DNA of 64,000 nucleotides from Rhodothermales bacterium (GTDB lineage Bacteria; Bacteroidota; Rhodothermia; Rhodothermales; VXPQ01). Each line of letters begins with the position of its first letter. Positions within the stretch are counted from its first letter, which is position 1. Positions 40,001-50,300 of this stretch are shown here, one piece after another. Made by a program: the position numbers and the translations under genes. Location of the stretch: assembly GCA_965248175.1 (NCBI GenBank), contig OZ252093.1, forward strand, positions 596,148 through 660,147, read 5' to 3'. The notes beneath the pieces are model-generated. The model searched no databases, had not been told where the DNA came from, and worked only from the letters and a program-made list of their open reading frames with translations.

Positions 40001-40132
40001 GTATTCAGTGCCGGGGTTTCTGCGCGCGTCAATATTTTGGGGTACATTGTGCTGGAAACGTACTACGCATTTCCTTTCCAGCGACCGAACGCCGGCTGGC
40101 AATTGGGATTCCGAGCGACGCCTGGCTGGTAA
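37025..40132 (+). CDS. Three-module outer-membrane protein: N-terminal HExxH metallopeptidase-like domain, PD40/TolB-type beta-propeller, C-terminal Omp85/BamA-like beta-barrel
   Basis: Signal peptide. HVLGHELVHSFQYD. At least five SPDG..IAF PD40 repeats. C-terminal ...AAFVDGGVAW...VFSAGVSARVNILGYIVLETYYAFPFQRP..GWQLGF is barrel-like. Confidence 0.8.
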   Translation: MFRTASLLAYILIFLTCAVLAPTPASAQYFGRNKVQYDHFDFKHFETEHFIIYYYPEEEQAVRDAGRMAERWYSRHSRTYLREFKEKKPIIFYANDADFHQTNVIGGLIGEGTGGVTESIKQRVIMPLTGSYAETDHVLGHELVHSFQYDIGLSDQGPIRFNLALLPLWMIEGTAEYLSVGRFDPHTSMWLRDALLRDDLPTIEQLTRDQRYFPYRFGQAYMAYIGGKYGDAAVANLYKLAGRAGVDSAFVYTLGITTDSLSTEWKQVVQKTYEPFMENKTPPEESGRRILAPEIDAGEVNLSPALSPDGEYIAFLSERDLFSINLFVADAQTGEVITSLKNPAANPHMDALRFIQSAGSWSPDGRQLAFVSFAGGDNRISIFDVRRRRVRQNIAVEGVTALTNLSWSPDGSSIAFTGLEGGISDLYVLNLETSAVRQLTNDRFADLQPDWSPDGRYIAFTTDRGGDNTDFTQLQYQENGLALFDMERNEIRSLRPFGNVLHHNPQFSPDGNDLYFISDQNGFKDIYRLDLSSEEVYRLTNLATGVSGITSLSPAMSVADRTGQMSFSVFSDNAYTVYMREPDELAGEPVQLRPAGHVATASILPPIRSLNQGLVGNYLNDSMTGLPRLGLQWPGKEYRSNLELDYVAPPTIGVAAGGLYGTQVAGGIGFAFSDMLGDRNLYLVAQAQGTFKDIGGQASYIDLGQRINLGASAGHIPLLYGYSVGGYVDGYRVVEQLRQRIFIDQVSGIAQYPFSQTRRVEANAGFVRYGFDNEVEQFIGGGFTFGRNRVKTDDSVFFQGIAEQDPIYFFQAGLAFVGDYSFTGFTSPISGGRYRLEISPKIGTSTFVTGLVDYRHYLHIQPVTLAVRGLHIGNYGAESAEDLFTTQYLGYSYYPGFVRGYNFRSFEAKECMVDAGTRDGAVCPSMDRLRGTHVALSSVEIRVPFLGTEQLGLIPFPYLPTELAAFVDGGVAWTAEDLPVLKFDRTTSKRVPVFSAGVSARVNILGYIVLETYYAFPFQRPNAGWQLGFRATPGW

Positions 40133-40148
40133 GGCTTTCAGGCCCCCG

Positions 40149-41255
40149 ATGTACGACATTTTTCGATCCGCGCTGTTCAGAATAGAGGCTGAACAGGCCC
40201 ATTACGCAGCCGCTTGCGCGGCCCGGACCGTACAATTCGTGCGGGCAGGGGGAGCGCTGGAAAAAATGTTCGCGTTCGAGGACATACGCCTCGAACAAGC
40301 CCTGTGGGGCAATACCTTTGCTTCTCCGATCGGCCTTGCCGCCGGTTTCGACAAGAACGCCTCTCTGGTGTCATTCTGGCCCACACTGGGATTCGGCTTT
40401 GTGGAAGTCGGCTCGGTCACAGCCCATCCCTCCCGGGGCAACCCCCGGCCACGCGCCTTTCGCCTGACCGAAGACGAGGCGCTCATCAACCGGATGGGCC
40501 TCAACAACAAGGGGGTGCGCAACATTTCCCGGCGGCTTCGACGAACCGCTCTCCGAAACCGGATTCCCATAGGCATCAATATCGCCAGCACACACGGCCG
40601 CAAGATTACGGGCGACTCCGCAGTGGAGGATTTCTGTATAAGTTTCAAGACCATTGCGGATCAGGCAGCCTACATCGTGCTGAATATTTCATGTCCGAAT
40701 ACGCGCGACGGTAAAACCTTCGAGGACCCTGAATCCCTTGAAATCCTGCTGAAGGTCATCATGGAGCAACGAAGAAAATCGGCGCCCAACGTACCCGTGC
40801 TGCTGAAAATGCCGCCGCCGGTTTCCGACCGGATCGTGTTCGACAGCAACGTGCGGGAAACCGTGCGCCTTGCCCGGGAATACGGAATCGCGGGATTCGT
40901 GGCCACCAACACAGCAGCCGACCGCGAGGGCCTCACCGTAAATCCGGCCCGGTTGCGCGCCATCGGCAGGGGTGGACTCAGTGGGCGGCCTCTCGAAGCC
41001 CGCGCCACGCACCTTGTGCGGCGCCTTTACCGCCTCACGGAAGGGTCTTTGCCCATCATCGGCGTGGGAGGTGTATTTTCCGCAAAGGACGCCTATAGGA
41101 AACTCCGCGCCGGGGCCTCGCTCGTACAGATTTACACCGCACTCATTTACCGCGGCCCGGGGGTGGTGCGCGACATCAAGACAGGACTGGTTCAGCTGCT
41201 CGAAAGCGACGGGTTCGATTCGATCGCGGATGTGGTGGGTATCGACGCTGCGTAA
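40149..41255 (+). CDS. pyrD: Dihydroorotate dehydrogenase (quinone), class 2
   Basis: AE.AH......., SPIGLAAGFDKN, GFGFVEVGSVT, GNP.PR.FRL.ED.A.INRMG.NN.G and the GGLSG pattern. The true start MYDIF is at 40149; the track ORF starts inside the preceding gene. Confidence 0.95.
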   Translation: MYDIFRSALFRIEAEQAHYAAACAARTVQFVRAGGALEKMFAFEDIRLEQALWGNTFASPIGLAAGFDKNASLVSFWPTLGFGFVEVGSVTAHPSRGNPRPRAFRLTEDEALINRMGLNNKGVRNISRRLRRTALRNRIPIGINIASTHGRKITGDSAVEDFCISFKTIADQAAYIVLNISCPNTRDGKTFEDPESLEILLKVIMEQRRKSAPNVPVLLKMPPPVSDRIVFDSNVRETVRLAREYGIAGFVATNTAADREGLTVNPARLRAIGRGGLSGRPLEARATHLVRRLYRLTEGSLPIIGVGGVFSAKDAYRKLRAGASLVQIYTALIYRGPGVVRDIKTGLVQLLESDGFDSIADVVGIDAA

Positions 41256-41427
41256 TTTTTTTTCATTCACCCGTCAGGTATCCGTGTTTACCCCCCGGAC
41301 CCGCACCCTCGCCTGTGCTCCGGCGCTTGTTCTCGCCGTTGCCCTCACTGTTGGCGCCGCACCGGCGCATGCTCAATCGGCGGCCGCCCGGCTTCGATAA
41401 TGCGGGGTCTCCAAAACCTCTGATTCC

Positions 41428-43341
41428 ATGCCTGCTCTCTTTGATTTCGAAACGATTCCGGAACTCTTCAACGGGATCGTGGCCCGGTACCGGGGAAAGA
41501 ACCGTGCGGCATTCCGGTACAAAGACCGCATATCCCGCACGTGGGTGGACATATCCTGGGAGGCAATGGAGGAGCGTGTCCACGACATGGCGGGGTTCCT
41601 CCGGCAAGAAAGTATCGAAAAAGGAGCGCGCGTAGCCATCCTGTCGGAAAACCGCCCGGAATGGGCCGTTACGGATCTGGCCACGCAGTTGCTCGGTGCG
41701 GTTAACGTATCCCTCTACACATCCCTGCCCGCCGATCAGGCAGCCTGGATTCTCCAGGATTCCGGCGCGGCCATTTTTGTGGTATCCACCCCTATTCAGC
41801 AGCGCAAGGCCGAGAAAATTTTTGACGAATGCCCCGATCTTCGCCGGATTGTTTCCATGAGCGCGGGCGGCAAGAACAAAAGCAGTAACGAGAGGGGAAC
41901 GGAACACGTGCTGTCGTGGGACGACGCATTGCAAGCCGGGCGGGCGCATCGGAGTGCACTGGCTGGGCAACCCGGAGCGACCCTGTTCGCGGACGTGACT
42001 CCGGACGACCTGTCCGCCCTTATATACACGAGTGGCACGACGGGGCGGCCCAAGGGAGTCATGCTCACGCATCGCAATTTCTGCTCGAATGTGAAAGCCG
42101 TGCTCGGCCTGTTGCCGATCACGGAGAACGACCACCATCTTTCCTTTCTGCCGCTTGCTCATGCGCTGGAGCGCACCGGGGGATACCTGGTAGTCATGGC
42201 CTGCGGCGCCACCGTGTCCTATGCGGAAAGTATCGATGCACTGAACAGGAACTTACCGGAGGTGTCCCCGACTATCCTGCTCTCTGTGCCGCGCGTCTTC
42301 GAACGCCTGTATCATGCCATCCAAAAATCGGTGGAAGAGGGATCGGCGATACAGAAGAAGGTGTTCGCCTGGGCGGTGGCGACTGGCTACAAGGCCGCCG
42401 AACGGCGCATGAGGAAAAGAGCAGTGGGGCCGCTTCTCGGTCTGCAATGCACCTTGGCCCATCGGCTGGTCTTTTCGAAATTGCATCAAAAACTGGGAGG
42501 AAAACTGCGGCTCGCCTTTTCCGGCGGAGCAGCTCTTCCGGGAGAAATCGGCATGTTCTTTCAGGCTGCCGGCATCCCGATTATCGAGGGGTACGGCCTG
42601 ACCGAGACCGCCCCCGGCCTCTCGTTCAACCCGGTGGAACGCCCCCGGTACGGAACCGTCGGACACATCATCCCCGGAACGACCGTCGGCATTCGGGACC
42701 TCGACGACAATCATATCATCGGGCAATTGTCCGGAGACGAGTACCCTTCCGACCTGACGACCGGCGCAGGAGAAATCGTAGCCCGGGGGCCGAACGTGAT
42801 GAAAGGCTACTGGAACAACCCCGAGGCGACCCGGCAAGCCATCGACGCCGACGGCTGGTACCACACCGGCGATGTGGGCCGGTTCGAGGACGGCTACCTG
42901 GTGATTACCGACCGGATCAAGCACATGATCGTCTCGGCAGGCGGGAAGAACATCTACCCGGGGCCTATCGAAGATGCCTTCAAGACGGCGCCGTTTATCG
43001 ACCAGATCGTGGTGCTGGGAGAGGGGCGGGAATTTCTGGCTGCGCTTGTGACCCCAAACCGGGATTTCCTCGAAACGTACGCCGCGGATCATGGATTGGA
43101 AGCCGGTGAGGACACCCCGCTGATCGCTCACACAAAGGTGCTCGGTCTGTTCGACCGGGCGTTCCGCGAATATTCCCGCACCGCTGCCGCCCACGAAAAA
43201 ATCCGGGCGTTCCGGCTACTGGACGAGCCGTTCTCCGTGGAGAATGGATTCCTCACACCGACCCTGAAACCGCGCCGATCCCGGATCGAGGCGCACTATG
43301 CCGCGTTGATCGCAGACATGTACGAGAAGTGGAGGCGGTGA
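41428..43341 (+). CDS. Long-chain-fatty-acid--CoA ligase (AMP-dependent synthetase family)
   Basis: AMP-binding core [18 protein letters not shown], ...GYGLTETAP... and TGD.G..DEDGYL.ITDR.K..I...GGKNI.P. Confidence 0.9.
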   Translation: MPALFDFETIPELFNGIVARYRGKNRAAFRYKDRISRTWVDISWEAMEERVHDMAGFLRQESIEKGARVAILSENRPEWAVTDLATQLLGAVNVSLYTSLPADQAAWILQDSGAAIFVVSTPIQQRKAEKIFDECPDLRRIVSMSAGGKNKSSNERGTEHVLSWDDALQAGRAHRSALAGQPGATLFADVTPDDLSALIYTSGTTGRPKGVMLTHRNFCSNVKAVLGLLPITENDHHLSFLPLAHALERTGGYLVVMACGATVSYAESIDALNRNLPEVSPTILLSVPRVFERLYHAIQKSVEEGSAIQKKVFAWAVATGYKAAERRMRKRAVGPLLGLQCTLAHRLVFSKLHQKLGGKLRLAFSGGAALPGEIGMFFQAAGIPIIEGYGLTETAPGLSFNPVERPRYGTVGHIIPGTTVGIRDLDDNHIIGQLSGDEYPSDLTTGAGEIVARGPNVMKGYWNNPEATRQAIDADGWYHTGDVGRFEDGYLVITDRIKHMIVSAGGKNIYPGPIEDAFKTAPFIDQIVVLGEGREFLAALVTPNRDFLETYAADHGLEAGEDTPLIAHTKVLGLFDRAFREYSRTAAAHEKIRAFRLLDEPFSVENGFLTPTLKPRRSRIEAHYAALIADMYEKWRR

Positions 43342-43416
43342 AACCCGACAGGAGAGCGTGCGTTGGAAGTCGTCTTTTGTCCGCTTTCGGATTTGTGGAA
43401 GCGGGTTGTGACTTTT

Positions 43417-43493
<77 letters not shown>

Positions 43494-43514
43494 TTTTATA
43501 GATTCCGGTGATTT

Positions 43515-43543
43515 CGCCGTCCTCCGCGTCAGCGGAGGCGGCG
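43515..43543 (+). terminator. GC-rich hairpin just after tRNA-Pro (CGCCG-T-CCTCCGC GTCA GCGGAGG-CGGCG)
   Basis: 12 paired positions read directly. There is no downstream T-tract. Confidence 0.3.
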
Positions 43544-43868
43544 TGCGCGATGATTGACCATGGCTCCGGGAACTAGACTTGAAGGACAGGAACCGGCCTG
43601 TCAGCCCACTTGGGCGGCATAGTCGTCCAAGCATTGGAAGAACCATATCCCGCGCTACTCGCCGGCCGGCAACAACGGCGCCCTGATCTACGCCAAGATC
43701 AGCTACTCGATGTAGCTTACGTTCCGCTTGCGGCCAACGAGGACCGTGCTCGGGGTTTGACGCCAGACGCACTCGGCGTCGAACAGAGATGGTCCGGGTT
43801 GATTGGACAGATTTCGGCAGAATTTAAGGTGTAGCGTTGCGGCCTTGTTCCTTTTCCCGAAACCATTT

Positions 43869-43905
43869 CCGGGTTTGTTACTATCACAAACAATGGGTAA
43901 CCCGG
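43869..43905. promoter_or_regulatory. Nested dyad symmetry (CCGGGTT...AACCCGG around GTTTGT-N7-ACAAAC) upstream of the cus-linked small ORF
   Basis: Read directly. It lies 30 nt upstream of the ATG at 43935. Confidence 0.25.
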
Positions 43906-43934
43906 ATAATGCGTGTCGCTGCTCGTTCTGTTCC

Positions 43935-44402
43935 ATGCTCACTGCGCTGAGAACATACAGGCTTCTTTCCACGCTGCTCGGCCTGAGTTTGCTGTTCGGC
44001 GTGGCGTCGCCTTTGGTGCAAACGACCTGCGCCATGGGGCAAAACGACCTGCACGGAGCCCACGACTGCCATCCCGAAAACACGCATTCCCATGCGTCTA
44101 CCGATGCGCCGGCGCCTCCCTGCACGCACAAAGATGAATCGACGCACGAAGGGGTTGTACCATCTTCGTTTGATGCCCCGCCATGCTGCGTATTTGAATC
44201 GGCTTCGACCAGCGAGGCCGTAGCGCTTCTTTCCAGGACCTCCTGGCGCAGTGCAAGCAGTTCTTTGCTTGCTCTCCTTCCCCATACCGGATACGAGGCG
44301 CCGGACAACATATCTACACTCCCGCGCATCTCCGCTTCGCCATTCTTTACCGGCTTTCCCCTCGTCGATAGGCAAGCCCTTCTCGCTACGTTCCTGATCT
44401 GA
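43935..44402 (+). CDS. Small secreted His/Cys-rich protein (putative periplasmic metal-binding accessory of the cus module)
   Basis: Signal-like MLTALRTYRLLSTLLGLSLLFGVASP, then CAMGQNDLHGAHDCHPENTHSHASTDAPAPPCTHKDESTHEG...PPCC. It sits directly upstream of cusC on the same strand. The start is uncertain (43893 or 43935). Confidence 0.5.
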   Translation: MLTALRTYRLLSTLLGLSLLFGVASPLVQTTCAMGQNDLHGAHDCHPENTHSHASTDAPAPPCTHKDESTHEGVVPSSFDAPPCCVFESASTSEAVALLSRTSWRSASSSLLALLPHTGYEAPDNISTLPRISASPFFTGFPLVDRQALLATFLI

Positions 44403-44492
44403 CAGGATTCTTGATTGCCACTACCCCTTGAGGTCCGGCTCGGCCGTGCCTCTCGTGTTTGCAACAGGAAGTCCTAACAGGTCAGGAAATCC

Positions 44493-45806
44493 ATGAAGCT
44501 GATTCAATCCATTGGCGCCGCCCGCGCCATACTCATCGCCGTGCTTCTGCTCCCGGCGATTGCCCATGGAAAGCATCGACCGGTCGCGCCGGCCGACACG
44601 CTCCTAATTCTCGACGATCTCCTAACAGAGGTACGAGCCAACAACCCATCTCTGCGAGTGTCCCGACTGGAGGCAGATGCACTGGCCACCCGAAGCGGCC
44701 AGGTGTCTGTCTTGCCGGATCCTTCCGTGATGATCGGGTACCAACCGTACCCGCTCCTGACGGCGCGCGGCACGCAGCGCAGCCAATGGCGCATCGAGCA
44801 GATGGTACCGTATCCCGGCAAGCTCAGTCTCCAGGGCGACATCGCCGACCTGAGCGCCGAAATCGCAGGCTTTGAAGCAGATACCTTCGAAGAGGATCTG
44901 CTCTTCGAGGCCAAGCAGACGTACTACGAACTCTATCGGGTCCAGCAGCAGGAGCAACTCATCCTCGCTTTTCAGGACAGGTTGGAAAACTTTGAAGAGG
45001 CCGCCGCCGCGCAATACGAAGTGGGTACCGGCATGCAGCAAGCCATTCTGAAAGCGCAACTGGAGAAGAACACGCTCGCGCGCGTGCAGATTGAGCTTGC
45101 AGAGCGTCGCCGCACAGCGGCCGAGACCCTGGCGCGCCTGCTCAACCGGCCCACATCGGATGCCTTTATGGCTGGCGTCCGGGTCGAGGCGCCGCCCATT
45201 CTTCGCCTTGATGAAGCCGCGCTGTTAGAGATCGCCTTAAGGGAGCGGCCCGAAACCGATGTCCTCGACGCAGCAGCGCGGCACGCCGATGCCCAGATCG
45301 CACTGGCCCGCAAACAGTTCATGCCCGATTTCGGCCTGAACATCACCTATTTCGACATAGGTAGTGCTGACGCGCCACCGACGGCCACGGGGCGTGATGC
45401 TGTCGCCATTGGCGCTACCATCAAAGTACCGCTCCAGCGGGGGGGCCTGCGGGCCCGGTTGGAGGAAACCCGCATACGTCGCATCCAGGTCGAGGCGCGT
45501 CAGGAAGCGCTTGAGACCTCGTTCCAGACGCAGATCGCCGATCTCGTAAGCCGGCTGCGGGGGGAGGCACAGCAGCTTGCCCTTTATCGGGAAGCCCTTA
45601 TTCCTCAGGCCGAGACAACGCTTCAGGCTACGCTCAGCGCCTACACCACCGGTCGCACCGATTTTCTTGACCTCCTTGACGCCGAGCGCATGCTCTTCTC
45701 GTTGGGAACGGGCTACGAAGACACGTTCGCGCGCTACCTGAAGATGACCGCCGCCCTCGAACGAACGCTTGGCGTCAGCTCGCTTGCAGACCTTGACACG
45801 CTTTAG
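44493..45806 (+). CDS. cusC: TolC-family outer-membrane factor of the heavy-metal RND system
   Basis: Signal peptide. Two OEP repeats with the typical N.L..A..E........LP.......Y pattern. First gene of the CBA triad. Confidence 0.85.
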   Translation: MKLIQSIGAARAILIAVLLLPAIAHGKHRPVAPADTLLILDDLLTEVRANNPSLRVSRLEADALATRSGQVSVLPDPSVMIGYQPYPLLTARGTQRSQWRIEQMVPYPGKLSLQGDIADLSAEIAGFEADTFEEDLLFEAKQTYYELYRVQQQEQLILAFQDRLENFEEAAAAQYEVGTGMQQAILKAQLEKNTLARVQIELAERRRTAAETLARLLNRPTSDAFMAGVRVEAPPILRLDEAALLEIALRERPETDVLDAAARHADAQIALARKQFMPDFGLNITYFDIGSADAPPTATGRDAVAIGATIKVPLQRGGLRARLEETRIRRIQVEARQEALETSFQTQIADLVSRLRGEAQQLALYREALIPQAETTLQATLSAYTTGRTDFLDLLDAERMLFSLGTGYEDTFARYLKMTAALERTLGVSSLADLDTL

Positions 45807-47234
45807 ATGCCCAACCCGGCATCCAGCCAGACCTTGAATACCATGAATATCCAACGATTCGCCAAATGGCTCGGAATCCCGCTGCTGCTTCTGGCGCTTG
45901 CCGCAGGTGGTTTTTTTCTCGGGCGCATAACCACCGATGAAACAGCAACCGTAGCTCGGCACGAAATGTCCATCGCCGAAGGCGAGCGCAACGTCCTTTA
46001 CTGGCAAGCGCCTATGGACCCGACGGAGATGTACGACCGGCCCGGCAAATCGGCCATGGGCATGGATCTGATACCCGTCTACGAGGACGAAGCAGGAGTG
46101 GAATCGGGTAGTACCGTGTCCATCGATCCGGCAACCGTACAGAACATGGGCGTACGAACCGATCACGCCCGGCGGATGGACTTTTCCCGTATGATCCGCA
46201 CCGTCGGTGAGGTCCAGTACGACGAAGAGCGCCTCTATCTGGTCAACGCCAAGATATCCGGCTGGATCGAAAAGCTTTACGTCAACTTCATCGGCGACCA
46301 GGTCCGGCAGGGAGACCCGTTGATGGAAATCTACTCACCGGAACTGGTTGCCACACAGCAGGAATATCTGCTGGCGCTCAAAAACTACCGGATGTTAGCC
46401 GAGAGTAGCGTCCCTTCGGTCCGGGAAGACGCCGAGAACCTACTGGCCTCGGCTCGCACCCGCCTTGAATACTGGGACATCCCCTCCTCAGAGATTGAGC
46501 GTCTGAAGCAAACCGGCGAGGTTAAAAAGACGACTCTGCTCGAAGCCCCGGCCACCGGCATCGTCGTGAAAAGAGACGCCATGGAAGGCGCCTATATCGA
46601 AGCCGGGATGGACCTCTTCGAAATTGCCGACCTGCGGACTGTGTGGGTGCATGCCAGCTTCTACGACAACGAGGCGCCGTGGATCAGGGAGGGGCAACAG
46701 GTCGAGATGGAACTATCCTATTTGCCGGGGAAGACCTACACGGGGCAGGTCTCCTACATCTACCCCTATCTGCGCGAGAAAGCCCGCGACGTGCATGTGC
46801 GCCTGATCTTCTCCAATCCGGATATGGACCTCAAGCCGGGGATGTACGCCAATATCCAGCTCCAGGGCAAGGTCATACCCGATGCGTTGGTAGTGCCCTC
46901 CGAGGCCGTGATTCGTTCCGGCGCACGGGCAATCATCTTCGTGGTCCGCGGAGAGGGTCGGTTCGAGCCACGCGAAGTCCGGATCGGCGAAGAAGGCGGC
47001 CCGGGTAACCATCTGGTGCGGGTGCTCACCGGCCTGTCGGGCGACGAAGAGATCGTCACGTCAGCCCAGTTCATGTTAGATAGCGAAAGCCGCTTGCAAG
47101 AGGTCATCCGGAAAATGCTGCAAGAGCAGACGCAATCAAGCACACAACCCGCCAGTGAAGAGTTGGGAGCCGTACCGGAGATGGTATCCACAGCGTCTGA
47201 AGAATCTGACGCACAAATGCATCAGCAGCATTGA
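45807..47234 (+). CDS. cusB: RND periplasmic adaptor, CusB-like
   Basis: VLYWQAPMDPTEMYDRPGKSAMGMDLIPVYE parallels the E. coli CusB N-terminal ILYWYDPMYP...KPGKSPFMDMDLVP segment (from memory). HlyD_D23-like barrel follows. An alternative start is at 45843. Confidence 0.85.
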   Translation: MPNPASSQTLNTMNIQRFAKWLGIPLLLLALAAGGFFLGRITTDETATVARHEMSIAEGERNVLYWQAPMDPTEMYDRPGKSAMGMDLIPVYEDEAGVESGSTVSIDPATVQNMGVRTDHARRMDFSRMIRTVGEVQYDEERLYLVNAKISGWIEKLYVNFIGDQVRQGDPLMEIYSPELVATQQEYLLALKNYRMLAESSVPSVREDAENLLASARTRLEYWDIPSSEIERLKQTGEVKKTTLLEAPATGIVVKRDAMEGAYIEAGMDLFEIADLRTVWVHASFYDNEAPWIREGQQVEMELSYLPGKTYTGQVSYIYPYLREKARDVHVRLIFSNPDMDLKPGMYANIQLQGKVIPDALVVPSEAVIRSGARAIIFVVRGEGRFEPREVRIGEEGGPGNHLVRVLTGLSGDEEIVTSAQFMLDSESRLQEVIRKMLQEQTQSSTQPASEELGAVPEMVSTASEESDAQMHQQH

Positions 47235-47300
47235 GCCGGGGCGTCCTCCCTGATTCCTCATTCGCCCCAGGGCATTCTCCGACCGTTTACAGAGAAAATC

Positions 47301-50300
47301 ATGCTGGAAAAGATCATAGAGGCCTCGGTCAATAACCGCTTGCTGGTGATCATCTTCGCCCTCCTGATTGCACTGGCCGGCGCCTACGCGATGCTCCGCA
47401 CACCCGTAGACGCTATCCCCGACTTGAGCGACGTGCAGGTTATCATCTTCACCGAATATCCGGGGCAGGCCCCGCAGGTCGTCGAAGATCAGGTGACATA
47501 TCCGCTAACGACGGCCATGTTGGGGGTACCCTTTGCGAAAGCCGTGCGCGGCTATTCGTTCTTCGGCTACTCGTTTGTCTACATCATCTTCGAAGACGGC
47601 ACCGACATGTACTGGGCCCGCAGCCGGGTCCTGGAGTATCTCAACTATGTGGCAAGTCGGCTTCCCGGCGGTGTGACGCCCACTCTGGGGCCGGACGCCA
47701 CCGGTGTAGGCTGGGCCTTCGAATATGTGATCGACGGCGGAGACCAGTACGACCTTCAGCAACTGCGCTCAATCCAGGACTGGTTTCTGCGCTATGAACT
47801 GATGAGCGTGTCCGGTGTGGCCGAAGTGGCGTCCATCGGCGGCTACGTCAAGCAGTATCAGGTCGAGGTCGATCCCAACAAACTGCTGGCCTACAATATT
47901 CCATTGTCGAAAGTGCGCATGGCTCTGCAACGCAGCAACAACGACGTTGGCGGCAGACTTGTCGAAATGGGCGAGACCGAGTTTATGGTGCGCGGCCTGG
48001 GCTATATCCAATCGATCGAGGACATCGAAAACACGCCCGTCGGGGTGGACGAGAACGGCACGCCCATTCTGATCCGGAACATCGCCCATGTACACCTGGG
48101 ACCCGAGTTACGTCGTGGCCTGGCCGATCTGGACGGCGAGGGCGAAACCGTCGGCGGCATCGTCATAATGCGCTATGGGGAAAACGCCCTGAAGACAATC
48201 GATGCCGTGAAAGCGAAACTGGAGGAACTGAAGGCGGGATTGCCGGAAGGGGTAACCATCCAGGCCGTCTACGACCGCAGCAGTCTCATCGAGCGCGCTA
48301 TTGAAAATCTGAAAGGGGCGCTTCTCGAAGAGAGCATCATCGTCGCGCTGGTGACGATCCTGTTCCTGCTGCACTTCCGCAGTGCCTTCGTCGCGATCTT
48401 CACACTCCCGATGGGCATTCTGATCGCGTTCCTGATAATGTATTTCCAGGGCCTCAATGCCAACATCATGTCGCTCAGCGGCATCGCCATCGCCATCGGC
48501 GCGATGGTCGACGCGGCTATCGTGATGATCGAAAACGCCCACAAACACATGGAGCGTGACGCCGGAAAGAAAGACCACTGGCGCATCATTATTGACGCGT
48601 CCAAAGAGGTCGGGCCGGCGTTGTTCTATTCGCTACTGATTATCACGCTCTCCTTCCTGCCTGTATTCACGCTCCAGGCGCAGGAAGGCCGGCTCTTCAA
48701 ACCGCTGGCTTTCACGAAAACCTACGCCATGGCGGCCTCAGCGCTCCTGGCCATCACGGTTGTACCGGTGCTGATGGGCTACTTCATACGCGGCAAAATC
48801 CTGCCGGAGAAAAAGAATCCCCTCAACCGCTTTCTGATGTACGTATATCGCCCGGTGATTCACGCCGTACTCCGGTTCAAATGGATAACTATTGCGGCTG
48901 CGCTGGTAGTCCTGGGGGTTACGGCCTATCCCCTCGGCAAGCTCGGCTCCGAATTTATGCCGCCTTTGAACGAGGGGGATCTGCTCTACATGCCCACCAC
49001 CGATCCGGGCATCAGCATTACCAAAGCCAAGGAACTCCTGCAGCAAACGAACAAAATCATCAAGAGCTTCCCCGAAGTGGATCATGCTTTCGGCAAGGCG
49101 GGCCGTGCCGAGACGGCGACTGACCCGGCCCCATTGTCGATGATAGAAACCACGATCACCCTGAAACCGGAGACCGAGTGGCGAGAAGGCATGACCATGG
49201 ACAAACTCGTCCGGGAGCTTGATGCCGCTATCGACTTTCCGGGCCTGACCAACGCCTGGACCATGCCCATCAAAACGCGCATCGATATGCTCTCGACGGG
49301 TATCAAGACGCCGGTGGGCGTCAAATTGATGGGACCCGACCTGAATGTGCTTTCCGACCTGGGGCAACGCATTGCGGCTGTCCTGCAGACAGTACCGGGT
49401 ACGTTGAGCGCCTTCCCGGACAAGGCTGTCGGCGGCAATTTTCTCGACTATCGCATAAACCGCGAAGAAGCCGCCCGGTACGGCCTGACCGTGGGCGATG
49501 TGCAGGATGTGATCATGTCGGCCATCGGCGGAATGAATGTCACACATACTGTCGAGGGCCTTGAACGTTACCCGGTCAACGTCCGCTACAGCCGCGAACT
49601 GCGTGATAACCTGCCGGCACTCCAGCGGGTACTGATTCCTACCCCCACGGAGGCGCATATCCCGCTGAGCTATGTGGCTGATTTCAGTATTGTCAACGGG
49701 CCGCCGGTCATTAAGAGCGAAAATGCGCGCACGACATCCTGGCTCTATGTGGACATCCGCGATATCGATGTGGGGACCTACGTGAAGAACGCCCGCGCTA
49801 CCGTGAATGAGCAGGTAGACCTGCCGGAGGGGTACAGCATGGTCTGGAGCGGACAGTATGAATACATGGAACGGGCCCGGCAGCGCCTGCAGATCGTTAT
49901 TCCGCTGACGCTCGTGATCATCTTTCTGCTGCTCTACTTAAACTTCAAGAACATTACCGAAAGCCTGATAGTGATGTTGTCGCTGCCGTTTTCGCTCGTT
50001 GGCGGAGTCTGGTTGTTGTATCTGTTCAACTATAACCTCAGCGTAGCCGTTGGAGTCGGCTTCATTGCCCTGGCCGGAGTTGCTGCCGAAACAGGCGTGA
50101 TCATGTTGATCTATCTCGATCAGGCCTATAAGGACAGACGCATGCGAGGACAAATGACCTCGTTGAAGGATCTGTACGAAGCTATCATTTCGGGAGCCGT
50201 CGAGCGGGTGCGTCCCAAGATGATGACCGTCATGGCCATCATGGCCGGCCTGTTGCCCATTTTATGGGGGCACGGCACGGGCTCACAGGTAATGAAACGC

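Noticed and set aside
39627-40148. 5' extension of the pyrD track ORF overlapping the preceding gene
   Set aside because: The extension is an alternative frame of the Omp85-like barrel region. PyrD homology begins at MYDIF (40149).
41281-41400. Mini-ORF encoding only a signal-peptide-like sequence (VFTPRTRTLACAPALVLAVALTVGAAPAHAQSAAARLR-stop) between pyrD and the acyl-CoA ligase gene
   Set aside because: It is too short, starts with GTG and has no clear RBS. It is most likely chance or the stump of a lost secreted-protein gene, and I cannot support it as a feature.
41263-43194. Several long ORFs (41263-42162 minus, 41916-43109 plus, 42253-43194 minus) inside the acyl-CoA ligase gene
   Set aside because: These are alternative-frame or antisense products with Arg/Gly/Pro bias. 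The 41428-43341 frame carries the AMP-binding signatures.
43494-43934. Integrase or transposase remnant, or att repeat, in the spacer after tRNA-Pro
   Set aside because: I translated all six frames and saw no tyrosine/serine recombinase or DDE motifs. I also saw no copy of the tRNA 3' end elsewhere in the window by eye. This needs a computational search.
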